Origin: Arenimonas sp.
GTDB lineage: Bacteria > Pseudomonadota > Gammaproteobacteria > Xanthomonadales > Xanthomonadaceae
Assembly: GCA_050737775.1 (NCBI GenBank)
Contig: JBOHYH010000171.1
Location: 8,300 to 72,299, forward strand
Reading direction: 5' to 3'
DNA: 64,000 nt
A program made the translations under genes and the position numbers. Of this stretch, positions 55,741-64,000 are shown piece after piece. Position 1 is the first letter of the stretch. The number at the start of each line of letters is the position of its first letter. Below the pieces are notes generated by a model. It was not told where the DNA came from and made no database searches. It saw nothing but the letters and a program-made list of their open reading frames with translations.

Positions 55741-57324
55741 GTGACTATCGATCTTTGGCAACAAGCAAACGAGCAATTCAAGGCCAAACAATTTCAGGCT
55801 GCCAAAAGCAGCTGTGAACAAGTGCTGGCGCAGCAGCCGGAACACGCAATGGCCTATTGCCTGCTTTCCTCCTGTTTTCAGAATCTGAACAGGCCCAGAT
55901 TGGCGACTTTCAATGCTTTTCAGGCCTGCAAACATGCCAACGCCACACTGACTGCCCGGGAAATACTTGCCATTAGTGCTGCCTGTCTCACGGTTGGCGA
56001 GACTTTTTTGGGACATAGCGTGCTTGGGTTTATCGATATCAACGACAAAAACAGTCGGGAGGCCCTGCTCGATATTGGTCGACAATACAGTGCGCTCGAA
56101 GATCAACCCGCTGCCTTGCGCTATATTCAACGGGCACATGCCGAAGGGTTCAATGGCTGGTTTGCCAACCATATTCTCAGCATTATTTTCAGTTTCACCG
56201 GACCGGTCGAAAACGCGATTTCGGCGAGCGAGTCCTCCATTTCAAAAAATCGCCTGCACGGCCATGCCCATTGGATGCGCGCACAATTTGGCAGCAAGGA
56301 AGGCAACGCACTTCGTGTCGCTCGCATGCGCGAAGTCCTGACCCAGCCGGATTTGTCCGTAGACGATAAAACCTACCTGCAATACGGCATTTTCAAGGAA
56401 CTCGATGCAATCGGTGATGCCGAAGCTGCCTGGCCTGCACTCGCGGAAGGCATGAAACACCGACGCGGCGTCATAAAATTCGGCATCGACCGCGAAAATT
56501 TATGCTTCGATAAATTGATTGCTGCTACCAATAATGATTTTCTTGAAGCACCGACCCAGGTGCCGCAGGAAGTCACGCCGATTTTCATCGTCGGCATGCC
56601 GCGAACCGGGACCACGTTGCTTGAACGCATTATCGGCAACCATCCACAGATAACGGCATGCGGCGAATTAAGCGATTTTAAAATTCAACTGCAATGGGCT
56701 GCGGACACGCCTTTGCCGGTGCAGTTGAATCCGGAATTCGGTGATTTGATTCCGAAAATCGATTTTCATCTGGTCGGGAACCGCTATCTGGAAAAAACCC
56801 ACCGCCTGATCGAAGGCAGAAAGTTTTTCAGTGACAAGTTACCAATGAATTACCTTTATGCTGGTTTGATTTTAAAAGCCATTCCGCATGCAAAAATTAT
56901 CAACCTGCGTCGCCACCCGATGGACGCATGCTTCTCGAACATGAAAGAGTTGTTCGCACATCACCATTACGCCTACAGCTATGACATGTTGGAAGTGGCA
57001 AATCACTACCGCAATTATTCGCGACTGATGAAGCATTGGCACAAGATTGCTTCCGGCCGCATTCTGGATGTTCACTACGAACATCTGGTAACGCAGCCGG
57101 AAGTAGAGGCGAGGCGCGTACAGGAATATTTGGGGCTGCCGGAAGTAGAGGGCGTTACCGATATTCTCGCCAATAAACGCATCACCACCACGGCAAGTAC
57201 TCTGCAGTTACGGCAGCCGATCCATAGCAAGAACATGGGCGGCTGGAAACGTTATGAAACGCCATTGGAACCCATGCGATTGGCAATGCTGGATGTCATT
57301 GAGGAATACGAAGCCTTGCTGTGA
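55741..57324 (+). CDS. TPR-containing sulfotransferase
   Basis: N-terminal TPR-like helices; PIFIVGMPRTGTTLLERI; DKLPMNY; RHPMDACFS. Confidence 0.9.
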   Translation: MTIDLWQQANEQFKAKQFQAAKSSCEQVLAQQPEHAMAYCLLSSCFQNLNRPRLATFNAFQACKHANATLTAREILAISAACLTVGETFLGHSVLGFIDINDKNSREALLDIGRQYSALEDQPAALRYIQRAHAEGFNGWFANHILSIIFSFTGPVENAISASESSISKNRLHGHAHWMRAQFGSKEGNALRVARMREVLTQPDLSVDDKTYLQYGIFKELDAIGDAEAAWPALAEGMKHRRGVIKFGIDRENLCFDKLIAATNNDFLEAPTQVPQEVTPIFIVGMPRTGTTLLERIIGNHPQITACGELSDFKIQLQWAADTPLPVQLNPEFGDLIPKIDFHLVGNRYLEKTHRLIEGRKFFSDKLPMNYLYAGLILKAIPHAKIINLRRHPMDACFSNMKELFAHHHYAYSYDMLEVANHYRNYSRLMKHWHKIASGRILDVHYEHLVTQPEVEARRVQEYLGLPEVEGVTDILANKRITTTASTLQLRQPIHSKNMGGWKRYETPLEPMRLAMLDVIEEYEALL

Positions 57325-57330
57325 TTTTCA

Positions 57331-57390
57331 TCGGGCCTAGAAGGCCCTCCTGCCGGGACACGCTTCGGTAGGAGGGCCTTCTAGGCCCGA
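57331..57390. repeat. REP doublet left of the RAYT
   Basis: tcgggcctagaaggccctcctgc and gtaggagggccttctaggcccga in inverted orientation. Confidence 0.88.
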
Positions 57391-57412
57391 CATCTATCAG
57401 GCCAGAGACAAT

Positions 57413-57907
57413 TCAACCCAAATCAAGCAATGGCCATTGCCAATGCGGAACATCCCAATACGCATACGCTTCGATTCTGTCTACCAAACCTGCGCGGATC
57501 GGATTATTCAATATGTAACGGGGCGCAATATCAATATCTTCATGCCTGCGTAATCCTCGATCAAAATAAGCTCCTTGCCAGATGGCACCGTGTCGACCCA
57601 AGGCATGATTGACTGCCTTTGCCACAGACGAATTTATTCTTGCCATGCTTGCCGACAAGGCTTTTGAATCATCAAGTTCAAGCAGCAGATGCATGTGGTC
57701 AGGCATCAGGACCCATGCGAGCAGCTGGACATATTTTTCAACATGTAGCTTATGCAAAGTCTTCGCTGCCGCGCGCGCGGCAACCTCTGGTTTCAAAAAA
57801 CATTCTCGTTTTGCGCAACAGACGGTAATGAAATAAATATGTCTGGCAAATGAGAACAGGCCTTTGCGCAAGGCGGCATGTCCCGGGTTTTTGGAAATTG
57901 CTTTCAT
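57413..57907 (-). CDS. REP-associated tyrosine transposase (RAYT, HUH/Y1)
   Basis: YFIT; AWVLMPDHMHLL (HUH); IWQ..YFDR..R; YI..NP.RAGL; flanked by REPs. Confidence 0.92.
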   Translation of the reverse strand: MKAISKNPGHAALRKGLFSFARHIYFITVCCAKRECFLKPEVAARAAAKTLHKLHVEKYVQLLAWVLMPDHMHLLLELDDSKALSASMARINSSVAKAVNHALGRHGAIWQGAYFDRGLRRHEDIDIAPRYILNNPIRAGLVDRIEAYAYWDVPHWQWPLLDLG

Positions 57908-57999
57908 AGCCCATTTTATGCGGCATAAAAACGAGCACCGCCAGGAATAGATTCTTTTTGTGTAGGTTTTTCCTGAAGATTTATTTAGCTTGAAAGAGG

Positions 58000-58054
58000 T
58001 CGGGCCTAGAAGGCCCTTCTACCATGCGCTTTGGCAGGAGGGCCTTCCTGTCCC
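58000..58054. repeat. REP doublet right of the RAYT
   Basis: tcgggcctagaaggcccttctac and gcaggagggccttcctgtccc. Confidence 0.82.
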
Positions 58055-58072
58055 AAACGATCTATCGGTCAA

Positions 58073-60547
58073 TCAGGTTCCGCGCGGCTTCGCGCGATGC
58101 GTGGCGGTGGCACTCCAGGGATCTTCCGGCCAAGGGTGTCTTGGATAACGCCCTTTCATTTCCTTTTTTACTTCCGGGTAGGTTCGCTCCCAAAAACCTT
58201 TCAAATCCTGGGTGATTTGCAAAGGCTTGCCGCCCGGTGAAAGCAAATGCAAAGTCAGGCCGATGCGGCCTTCGCAAATGCGCGGTGTGTCTGCCAAACC
58301 AAATAACTCCTGCAGTTTTATAGCCAGCACCGGCAAGGCATCGTGCCGATATTCAATCGCACGCTCCATACCGGAAGGCACCAGTATTTTCGTCGGTGCC
58401 AATTGATCGATCTTCTGTCGTGTCGACCAATCGATGTCGGATTTCAGCGCTTCGCTGAGTTCCTGTTCGCTTAAACCATCGAGCCTGGTTTTTCCTTGCA
58501 AGGCCGGCTTCAGCCATTGTTCCCTGCGCGACAATAATCCCTCATCACTAAAATCCGGCAAGCCCAACTCTGGCGACCACACAGAAAGACAACGCACGCG
58601 CTCACGCCATTGCATTAAATTCTCTGTCCACGATAACGCCGACAATCCCAATTCACCGATGGCATCGCACAATGCTTGCGCTGCTTTCAACGGGTCGGGC
58701 CGGCCGGCCGGCTTTGACTCCAGAATGATCTGATCAAAACGTTTTTCACGTCGTGCAATCAAACCGCGCGCACCGGCATCCCAGCGCACGCTGTCTTCTT
58801 CGCTGAAGCGTTCGGGAAAGTCCTGCTGCAAACGGATTTCATCCAGCGGTGCTGCCCGCAGAATGGTGCTGTCTTTATTTTCAAAACGGCATTCGCTGAT
58901 AGCAAGCCAGGGTTCGCCAAACAGTAAACTATCATCGAAAATTTTCGCCATGCGCCCGTTCGCCATTTGATAACGGCGCGGGTCATTCGGATGTTGTCTG
59001 GCGATACGCTCGGGAAAGGCATGAAGCAATAAATCACCCAGTGCATGTGCCGGTATGTTTTTTGTCGAAACCACATCGCATCGCAGGCGCCGCCGCCATT
59101 GCTGGCTTGCCTGATCGATTGCGGCGATACCCGTTCGATTGACATTATGTGCAAGACGCCCTGATCGATAAGCTGCAAGCGCCTGCCAACGCGAAGCCCA
59201 GTCATCGCTGCGCTCTCCCATCAAGGGATCGCGCGCTTCGATCAGGGCGGCCAAATCGCAAGCCAGCGATTTCTCATGTTCGTTGCCTGCCGCCAGAAGC
59301 ATGGCCGCAATTCGCGGATGCGTTCCAAACGATAGAATTTTTTTACCCAATGCCGTGATGTGCTGGTTTTTATCGAGAGCATTCAGTCGCTGCAATAATT
59401 CATGCGCGGCCGCCATCGCACCCACCGGCGGCGCTTCGACAAAGCGTAAATCCTTACTACCCCAGGCAGCCAATTCCAGACACAATGCGCTCAATTCGGT
59501 TTGCGATATTTCCGAACTCCGCATCGGCTCCAGCCGTTGCGATGCCGGCCATAGTCGATAACACCAACCCTCCGCGACACGGCCGGCACGACCGGCGCGC
59601 TGATCGGCCGAGGCCTGCGAGATATTGACGGTTTCCAGCCGCGAAAAACCCGAGTTCGGATCAAAACGCGGCTCTCGCGACAGACCACTGTCAATCACTA
59701 CACGAACACCCGGTAGTGTCACCGATGATTCGGCAATATTGGTTGCCAGCACGATGCGGCGTCTGCCATTTTTATCCGGCGCCAAGGCTTCGCTTTGTTT
59801 TTCAATCGGCATTTCGCCAAATAGCGTGATCAGTGAAATGAGATCCGATGCCATGCTTGAAAGTGCTTTTTCAAGTTGCCGGATTTCTTTCTGTCCTGGA
59901 AGGAAAACCAGCACATCGCCTTCGTGTTTTTGCAGAACTTCTTCGATGCAACGCTTGATTTGAAATGTCAGTGTTTCCTCGCGACGGGAAGGAAAATACG
60001 CTGTTGTCACCGGATAACTTCGTCCGGCACTGGTAATACGCTCCGCCTGCAGAAACTGTGCCAGCTTGTCGCCATCCAGCGTGGCTGACATCAGCACAAT
60101 TCTTAAATCTTCGCGCAAGGATTGCTGAATATCACAGGCCAGGGCCAGCCCCAGATCGGCACTTAAATGCCGCTCGTGAAATTCATCGAATAGAATCGCC
60201 GCCACCTCTTCCAGACCTGGGTCGTCCTGGATCATGCGAGTCAAAATGCCTTCGGTCACTACCTCAATTTTTGTCTGTTTCGAGATTTTACTTTCGAAGC
60301 GAATACGATACCCGACGGTTTCACCGACCGCTTCACCGAGCTGTTTCGCCATGAAACCGGCAGCGGCACGTGCTGCCACTCTTCGTGGTTCGAGTATCAG
60401 GATTTTCTTGTCACCACGCCAAGGCGCCTGCAATATGGCTATCGGCACCTGTGTTGTTTTACCCGCTCCCGGCGGTGCTTCGAGCACGAGACGAGAATGC
60501 ATTTGCAAGACCGACAAAATATCGGGCAATACGTCGGCGATTGGCAT
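58073..60547 (-). CDS. hrpB: ATP-dependent RNA helicase HrpB
   Basis: APPGAGKTT; FDEFHER; MSAT; QRAGRAGR; C-terminal KGRYPRHPWP; start codon uncertain (the ORF extends to 60724). Confidence 0.96.
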   Translation of the reverse strand: MPIADVLPDILSVLQMHSRLVLEAPPGAGKTTQVPIAILQAPWRGDKKILILEPRRVAARAAAGFMAKQLGEAVGETVGYRIRFESKISKQTKIEVVTEGILTRMIQDDPGLEEVAAILFDEFHERHLSADLGLALACDIQQSLREDLRIVLMSATLDGDKLAQFLQAERITSAGRSYPVTTAYFPSRREETLTFQIKRCIEEVLQKHEGDVLVFLPGQKEIRQLEKALSSMASDLISLITLFGEMPIEKQSEALAPDKNGRRRIVLATNIAESSVTLPGVRVVIDSGLSREPRFDPNSGFSRLETVNISQASADQRAGRAGRVAEGWCYRLWPASQRLEPMRSSEISQTELSALCLELAAWGSKDLRFVEAPPVGAMAAAHELLQRLNALDKNQHITALGKKILSFGTHPRIAAMLLAAGNEHEKSLACDLAALIEARDPLMGERSDDWASRWQALAAYRSGRLAHNVNRTGIAAIDQASQQWRRRLRCDVVSTKNIPAHALGDLLLHAFPERIARQHPNDPRRYQMANGRMAKIFDDSLLFGEPWLAISECRFENKDSTILRAAPLDEIRLQQDFPERFSEEDSVRWDAGARGLIARREKRFDQIILESKPAGRPDPLKAAQALCDAIGELGLSALSWTENLMQWRERVRCLSVWSPELGLPDFSDEGLLSRREQWLKPALQGKTRLDGLSEQELSEALKSDIDWSTRQKIDQLAPTKILVPSGMERAIEYRHDALPVLAIKLQELFGLADTPRICEGRIGLTLHLLSPGGKPLQITQDLKGFWERTYPEVKKEMKGRYPRHPWPEDPWSATATHRAKPRGT

Positions 60548-60617
60548 TGATGCAAGAGTCACTACAAGCTCTGTGATAAAAGAGACTTTGCATTGTACGT
60601 CAGCCATGTGGCTCGTT

Positions 60618-61703
60618 TTAGCGCGGGAGTGAAGTACCCAGGGGTTTTGGCTTTTGCGGTGGCGGTATTTTTTGTGCGGCCGAAAACACGACGTTGGCCA
60701 GATCCTCCAGAGCGAAAATTTCATCCCGCAAGCGCGGTCCGGAATCTTTCACGAAGAAAAATCCGGCAATGCGATTACGCTTGTCTACCCACGGCGTTGC
60801 CGCAAAGGCACCGGGGCTGGAAACACGCACCGCCACGCCATTGTAATCAACCGCTTCACGCCACTGCCCAATGCCGTAGCCAAGGCTTTCCTCGAACGGC
60901 GTGGATCCTACAATTAATCCGGCAGCCTGATCGGTTGCCATATAGTCCAGCGTTGTTTTATTCAAAAAACGAATGCCTTGATGCAATCCTTCGTTTTGAA
61001 TCATCGCCAGCACAATGCTGTAATCCTCCAATGTACTGCGAACTCCGCCGGCGATGCGGGCATTGTTGACGCGAACATAGCCCGCTTGCGTCGAGCCTGC
61101 GGCATAGTCGGTGTTTTGCAAACCTAGGGGCACAACCATTTCATCAATGAATATCTGGTCCCAGGTTTTGCCGGTAGCCAGTTCCGCCATACGACCGGCC
61201 ACCTGCATGGAGTTGCCACCGTATGCAAACGTAGTGCCGGGCGGATAAGACAAGGGCTCTGCCAAAATTTGACTGGTGCAATTATTCGAAGTGATAAAAG
61301 GATTGCCCAGACAATCATCTTCACCCGGATTCATGCCGGCAGTATGCGAAAACAATTGTCGCAAACGGATATTTTTCTTGTCGTCCGGAGCAGCGGCAAT
61401 GTATTGGCCAACGGTATCTTCCCAGGACATCTGACCTTTCTCGACCAGACGGGCCAAGGCCAAGGCCGACAACCATTTGCTGGCTGACGCAATTGCTACC
61501 CGGGTATTGCCGTTGTAGTTTCCGAAGTGGCTGGAATATACCGGCGTGCCGTTTCTCAGCAGCTTCAATGATGCCCCGTCCAGATGATAGAAGCTGATCA
61601 TTTCCTCGACATCTTGGGTAATAGGCGTTACGTCGTAGAGCGGCTTGGCCTGTGCCAAGCTACCGATGAAAGCCACGGTCAAAATCAGATAACGCAGTTT
61701 CAT
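60618..61703 (-). CDS. Serine hydrolase, beta-lactamase family
   Basis: IASASKW (SxxK); LFSHTAG; FAYGG; YGIG. Confidence 0.88.
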   Translation of the reverse strand: MKLRYLILTVAFIGSLAQAKPLYDVTPITQDVEEMISFYHLDGASLKLLRNGTPVYSSHFGNYNGNTRVAIASASKWLSALALARLVEKGQMSWEDTVGQYIAAAPDDKKNIRLRQLFSHTAGMNPGEDDCLGNPFITSNNCTSQILAEPLSYPPGTTFAYGGNSMQVAGRMAELATGKTWDQIFIDEMVVPLGLQNTDYAAGSTQAGYVRVNNARIAGGVRSTLEDYSIVLAMIQNEGLHQGIRFLNKTTLDYMATDQAAGLIVGSTPFEESLGYGIGQWREAVDYNGVAVRVSSPGAFAATPWVDKRNRIAGFFFVKDSGPRLRDEIFALEDLANVVFSAAQKIPPPQKPKPLGTSLPR

Positions 61704-61790
61704 AAACCTGTCGCATATTTTTCCGGATTGAATTCAGAATAACGTGTCCGAGCTGTTAAAGTTGACAACGTATTCAACACACTTTTTCTT

Positions 61791-62579
61791 ATGCAATTAA
61801 TCGATATCGGCGCCAACCTGGGCCATGAAAGTTTTCAGCATGATTTTGACGATGTGCTTGCAAGAGCGCGTGACGTCGGCATTATCCACATGATGGTGAC
61901 CGGCGCCTCGCGTGAAGGCTCGCGCGAGGCACTGCGTTTAGCTCGGCTGCATCCCGGTTATTTATCGGCGACCGCTGGCGTGCACCCACACCATGCGCTG
62001 GAAGTCACCGACGAAGGCATGACCGAATTACGTGCCCTGCATGCATTGCCGGAAATTCTGGCCGTCGGTGAATGCGGGCTGGATTATTTCCGCGACTTTT
62101 CGCCACGTCCGGCACAACGCAATGCTTTCGAAAAACAATTACAGCTCGCCGTCGAATGCGGAAAACCATTGTTCCTGCACCAGCGTGATGCGCACGAAGA
62201 TTTCATGGCGATGATGAAAAATTTCGACGGCCGTCTGAACAAGGCGGTGGTGCATTGTTTTACCGGCAGCAAAAAAGAATGCTTCGAGTATCTCGATGCC
62301 GATTACTACATCGGCATCACCGGTTGGTTGTGCGACGAGCGTCGTGGCGAGCATTTGCGTGAAATCGTGCCGCATATTCCGGCCAATCGTTTGCTGATCG
62401 AAACCGACAGCCCGTATTTGCTGCCGCGTTCGATCAGACCAAAGCCGAAATTGCATCGCAATGAACCGATGTACCTGAAACATATCGTGGAAGAATTGGC
62501 AAAGGATCGCGGTGAAGCCGTGGAAGACACGGCGAGCAGGAGTACTGCCAATGCGAGAACGTTTTTTGGTTTGCAATAA
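61791..62579 (+). CDS. tatD: TatD family hydrolase
   Basis: DIGANL; GVHPH; AVGECGLDY; FLHQR; VHCFTG; IETDSPY. Confidence 0.95.
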   Translation: MQLIDIGANLGHESFQHDFDDVLARARDVGIIHMMVTGASREGSREALRLARLHPGYLSATAGVHPHHALEVTDEGMTELRALHALPEILAVGECGLDYFRDFSPRPAQRNAFEKQLQLAVECGKPLFLHQRDAHEDFMAMMKNFDGRLNKAVVHCFTGSKKECFEYLDADYYIGITGWLCDERRGEHLREIVPHIPANRLLIETDSPYLLPRSIRPKPKLHRNEPMYLKHIVEELAKDRGEAVEDTASRSTANARTFFGLQ

Positions 62580-62581
62580 TT

Positions 62582-62648
62582 GTAGGGGCGCTGCTCGCTA
62601 CGTCCCTGGCCTGTCGCAGCGTTAGGGCGCAGCAAGCAGAGCCCCTAC
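62582..62648. repeat. GTAG REP doublet of a different sequence family
   Basis: gtaggggcgctgctcgctacgtccc ... gggcgcagcaagcagagcccctac. Confidence 0.75.
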
Positions 62649-62658
62649 GATTGCAAAA

Positions 62659-63435
62659 TCAGGAACGCAATCCCACACCTTTGGTCAGCAAACGCAATCC
62701 CAACCAACCGAGCGCGAGCACGAAGAAAACCATCACGCCAAAGGATGTCCATACTGGCAAATCGCTCGCACCATCACCCAGCAAACCATAGCGAAATGCA
62801 TTGACCATATAAAAAATCGGATTGGCGTGCGTCGCCGCTTCGGCCCAAGGCGGCAAGACTTTTACCGAATAAAAAACACCGCCCAAATAGGTCAGCGGTG
62901 TCAGAATAAAAGTAGGAATGATGGCGATGTCGTCAAACTTTTTGGCGTAAACCGCATTGACAAAACCCGCCAGTGAAAAGATGGTGGCGCCCAGAATCAC
63001 CGTACTAAACATCACGAAGGGATGCGGCACCCGGACATGGGTAAAGCACATGGCGATTGCCAGAACAATGATGCCGACCATCAAACCACGCAATACGCCG
63101 CCGGCCACATAACCCAGCAAGATCACCCAATTCGGCATTGGCGAGACCAGCAGTTCTTCGACATGTCTTCCGAATTTTGCACCGAAGAAACTCGAGCTGA
63201 TATTGCCGTAGGCGTTTTGAATGACCGCCATCATGACCAGACCCGGCACGATGAAATCCATATAGTCGAAACCGCCCATCGTCCCGATGCGCGAACCAAT
63301 TAGTTTTCCGAAAATCAGGAAGTACAAGGTCATTGTAATGGCCGGTGGCACCAGTGTTTGGCCCCAGATACGCAGAATGCGCATCACTTCACGGCGGGCA
63401 ATGGTTTTCAATGCAATTAAATTCGGGTTGGACAT
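62659..63435 (-). CDS. ABC-2 type transporter permease (YadH-like)
   Basis: QTLVPPAIT..LYF..FG; FIVPGL.MM; LTPLTYLGGVFYS. Confidence 0.92.
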   Translation of the reverse strand: MSNPNLIALKTIARREVMRILRIWGQTLVPPAITMTLYFLIFGKLIGSRIGTMGGFDYMDFIVPGLVMMAVIQNAYGNISSSFFGAKFGRHVEELLVSPMPNWVILLGYVAGGVLRGLMVGIIVLAIAMCFTHVRVPHPFVMFSTVILGATIFSLAGFVNAVYAKKFDDIAIIPTFILTPLTYLGGVFYSVKVLPPWAEAATHANPIFYMVNAFRYGLLGDGASDLPVWTSFGVMVFFVLALGWLGLRLLTKGVGLRS

Positions 63436-63478
63436 TATTTTTCCGGCTCTACGCTTCAGGTTTAAATCGATTTGCTAA

Positions 63479-64000
63479 TTACGCGGCTTTACTGGTGTCG
63501 CCGGTCAATTTCACGAACAATTCTTCCAGACGGTTTACTTTATTACGCATTGAACGCACGCGAATACCGGCTTGATTCAGTTCGCTGAAAATATGATTCA
63601 AATCCATCGCTCGCGGTTTTTCGACATCCAGTGTGTGGTCGTCGGTTGCCTGCAAACTGACTTTGTCTATCTGCGGCAAATTCGCCGGCAAGACGCCTTC
63701 GATGTCCAGCAGAAATCCTTCGACATCCAGTTTGGCCAACAGGGCTTTCATCGGACCTTGTTCGATGATCTGGCCCTTGTCGATGATGGCCAGATTACGA
63801 CAAAGATTTTCTGCTTCTTCCAGATAATGTGTCGTCAGAATAACCGTCGTACCGGCCTGGTTGGCTTCACGCAGGGTTTTCCACATGCCGCGCCGAATTT
63901 CGATATCCACACCGGCCGTGGGTTCATCCAGAATCAGCAATCTTGGTTTCGTCATCATCGCCCGGGCGATCATCAAGCGGCGCTTCATGCCGCCGGACAA
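63479..64000 (-). CDS. ABC transporter ATP-binding protein (YadG-like), partial
   Basis: LSGGMKRR signature; ILDEPTAG; TTHY; runs off the right edge. Confidence 0.92.
   Translation of the reverse strand: MSGGMKRRLMIARAMMTKPRLLILDEPTAGVDIEIRRGMWKTLREANQAGTTVILTTHYLEEAENLCRNLAIIDKGQIIEQGPMKALLAKLDVEGFLLDIEGVLPANLPQIDKVSLQATDDHTLDVEKPRAMDLNHIFSELNQAGIRVRSMRNKVNRLEELFVKLTGDTSKAA

Overview
The window has two parts, divided at a tRNA-Arg(CCG) gene (29172-29248, minus strand). LEFT (1-~29170) is a visibly AT-richer accessory island abutting the tRNA 3' end. From left to right it holds: (i) single minus-strand genes, each followed by a copy of a previously unannotated ~80-90 bp repeat with degenerate attC-like features (three clear copies; the array runs off the left edge and no intI is present); (ii) a CoiA-like nuclease, an S41 peptidase, and a signal-peptide RHS toxin with an HExxH tip plus a lipoprotein immunity candidate; (iii) an XRE regulator with three 19-bp operators, an Ax21-like porin and small hypothetical genes; (iv) a Cas-free Tn7-like module (small HTH, fused TnsA-TnsB, TnsC, long TniQ); (v) four co-oriented defence-type genes: a PD-(D/E)xK protein, DUF4238, a nuclease-STAND (Avs-like) protein, and a translationally coupled HsdR_N-like nuclease ending in a Cas4/AddB-type CxxC-x5-C motif. 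RIGHT (~29250-64000) is core chromosome whose gene content suggests Xanthomonadales/Lysobacterales: a Fur-boxed TonB/PiuC/PepSY/ApbE iron cluster, ubiA, an AbrB-Doc TA pair, comF-bioBFHC, mnmG, an esterase autotransporter, a YadA-like adhesin, a TPR sulfotransferase, a RAYT with REPs, hrpB, tatD and an ABC transporter. All family calls come from motif recognition by eye; no database search was run.
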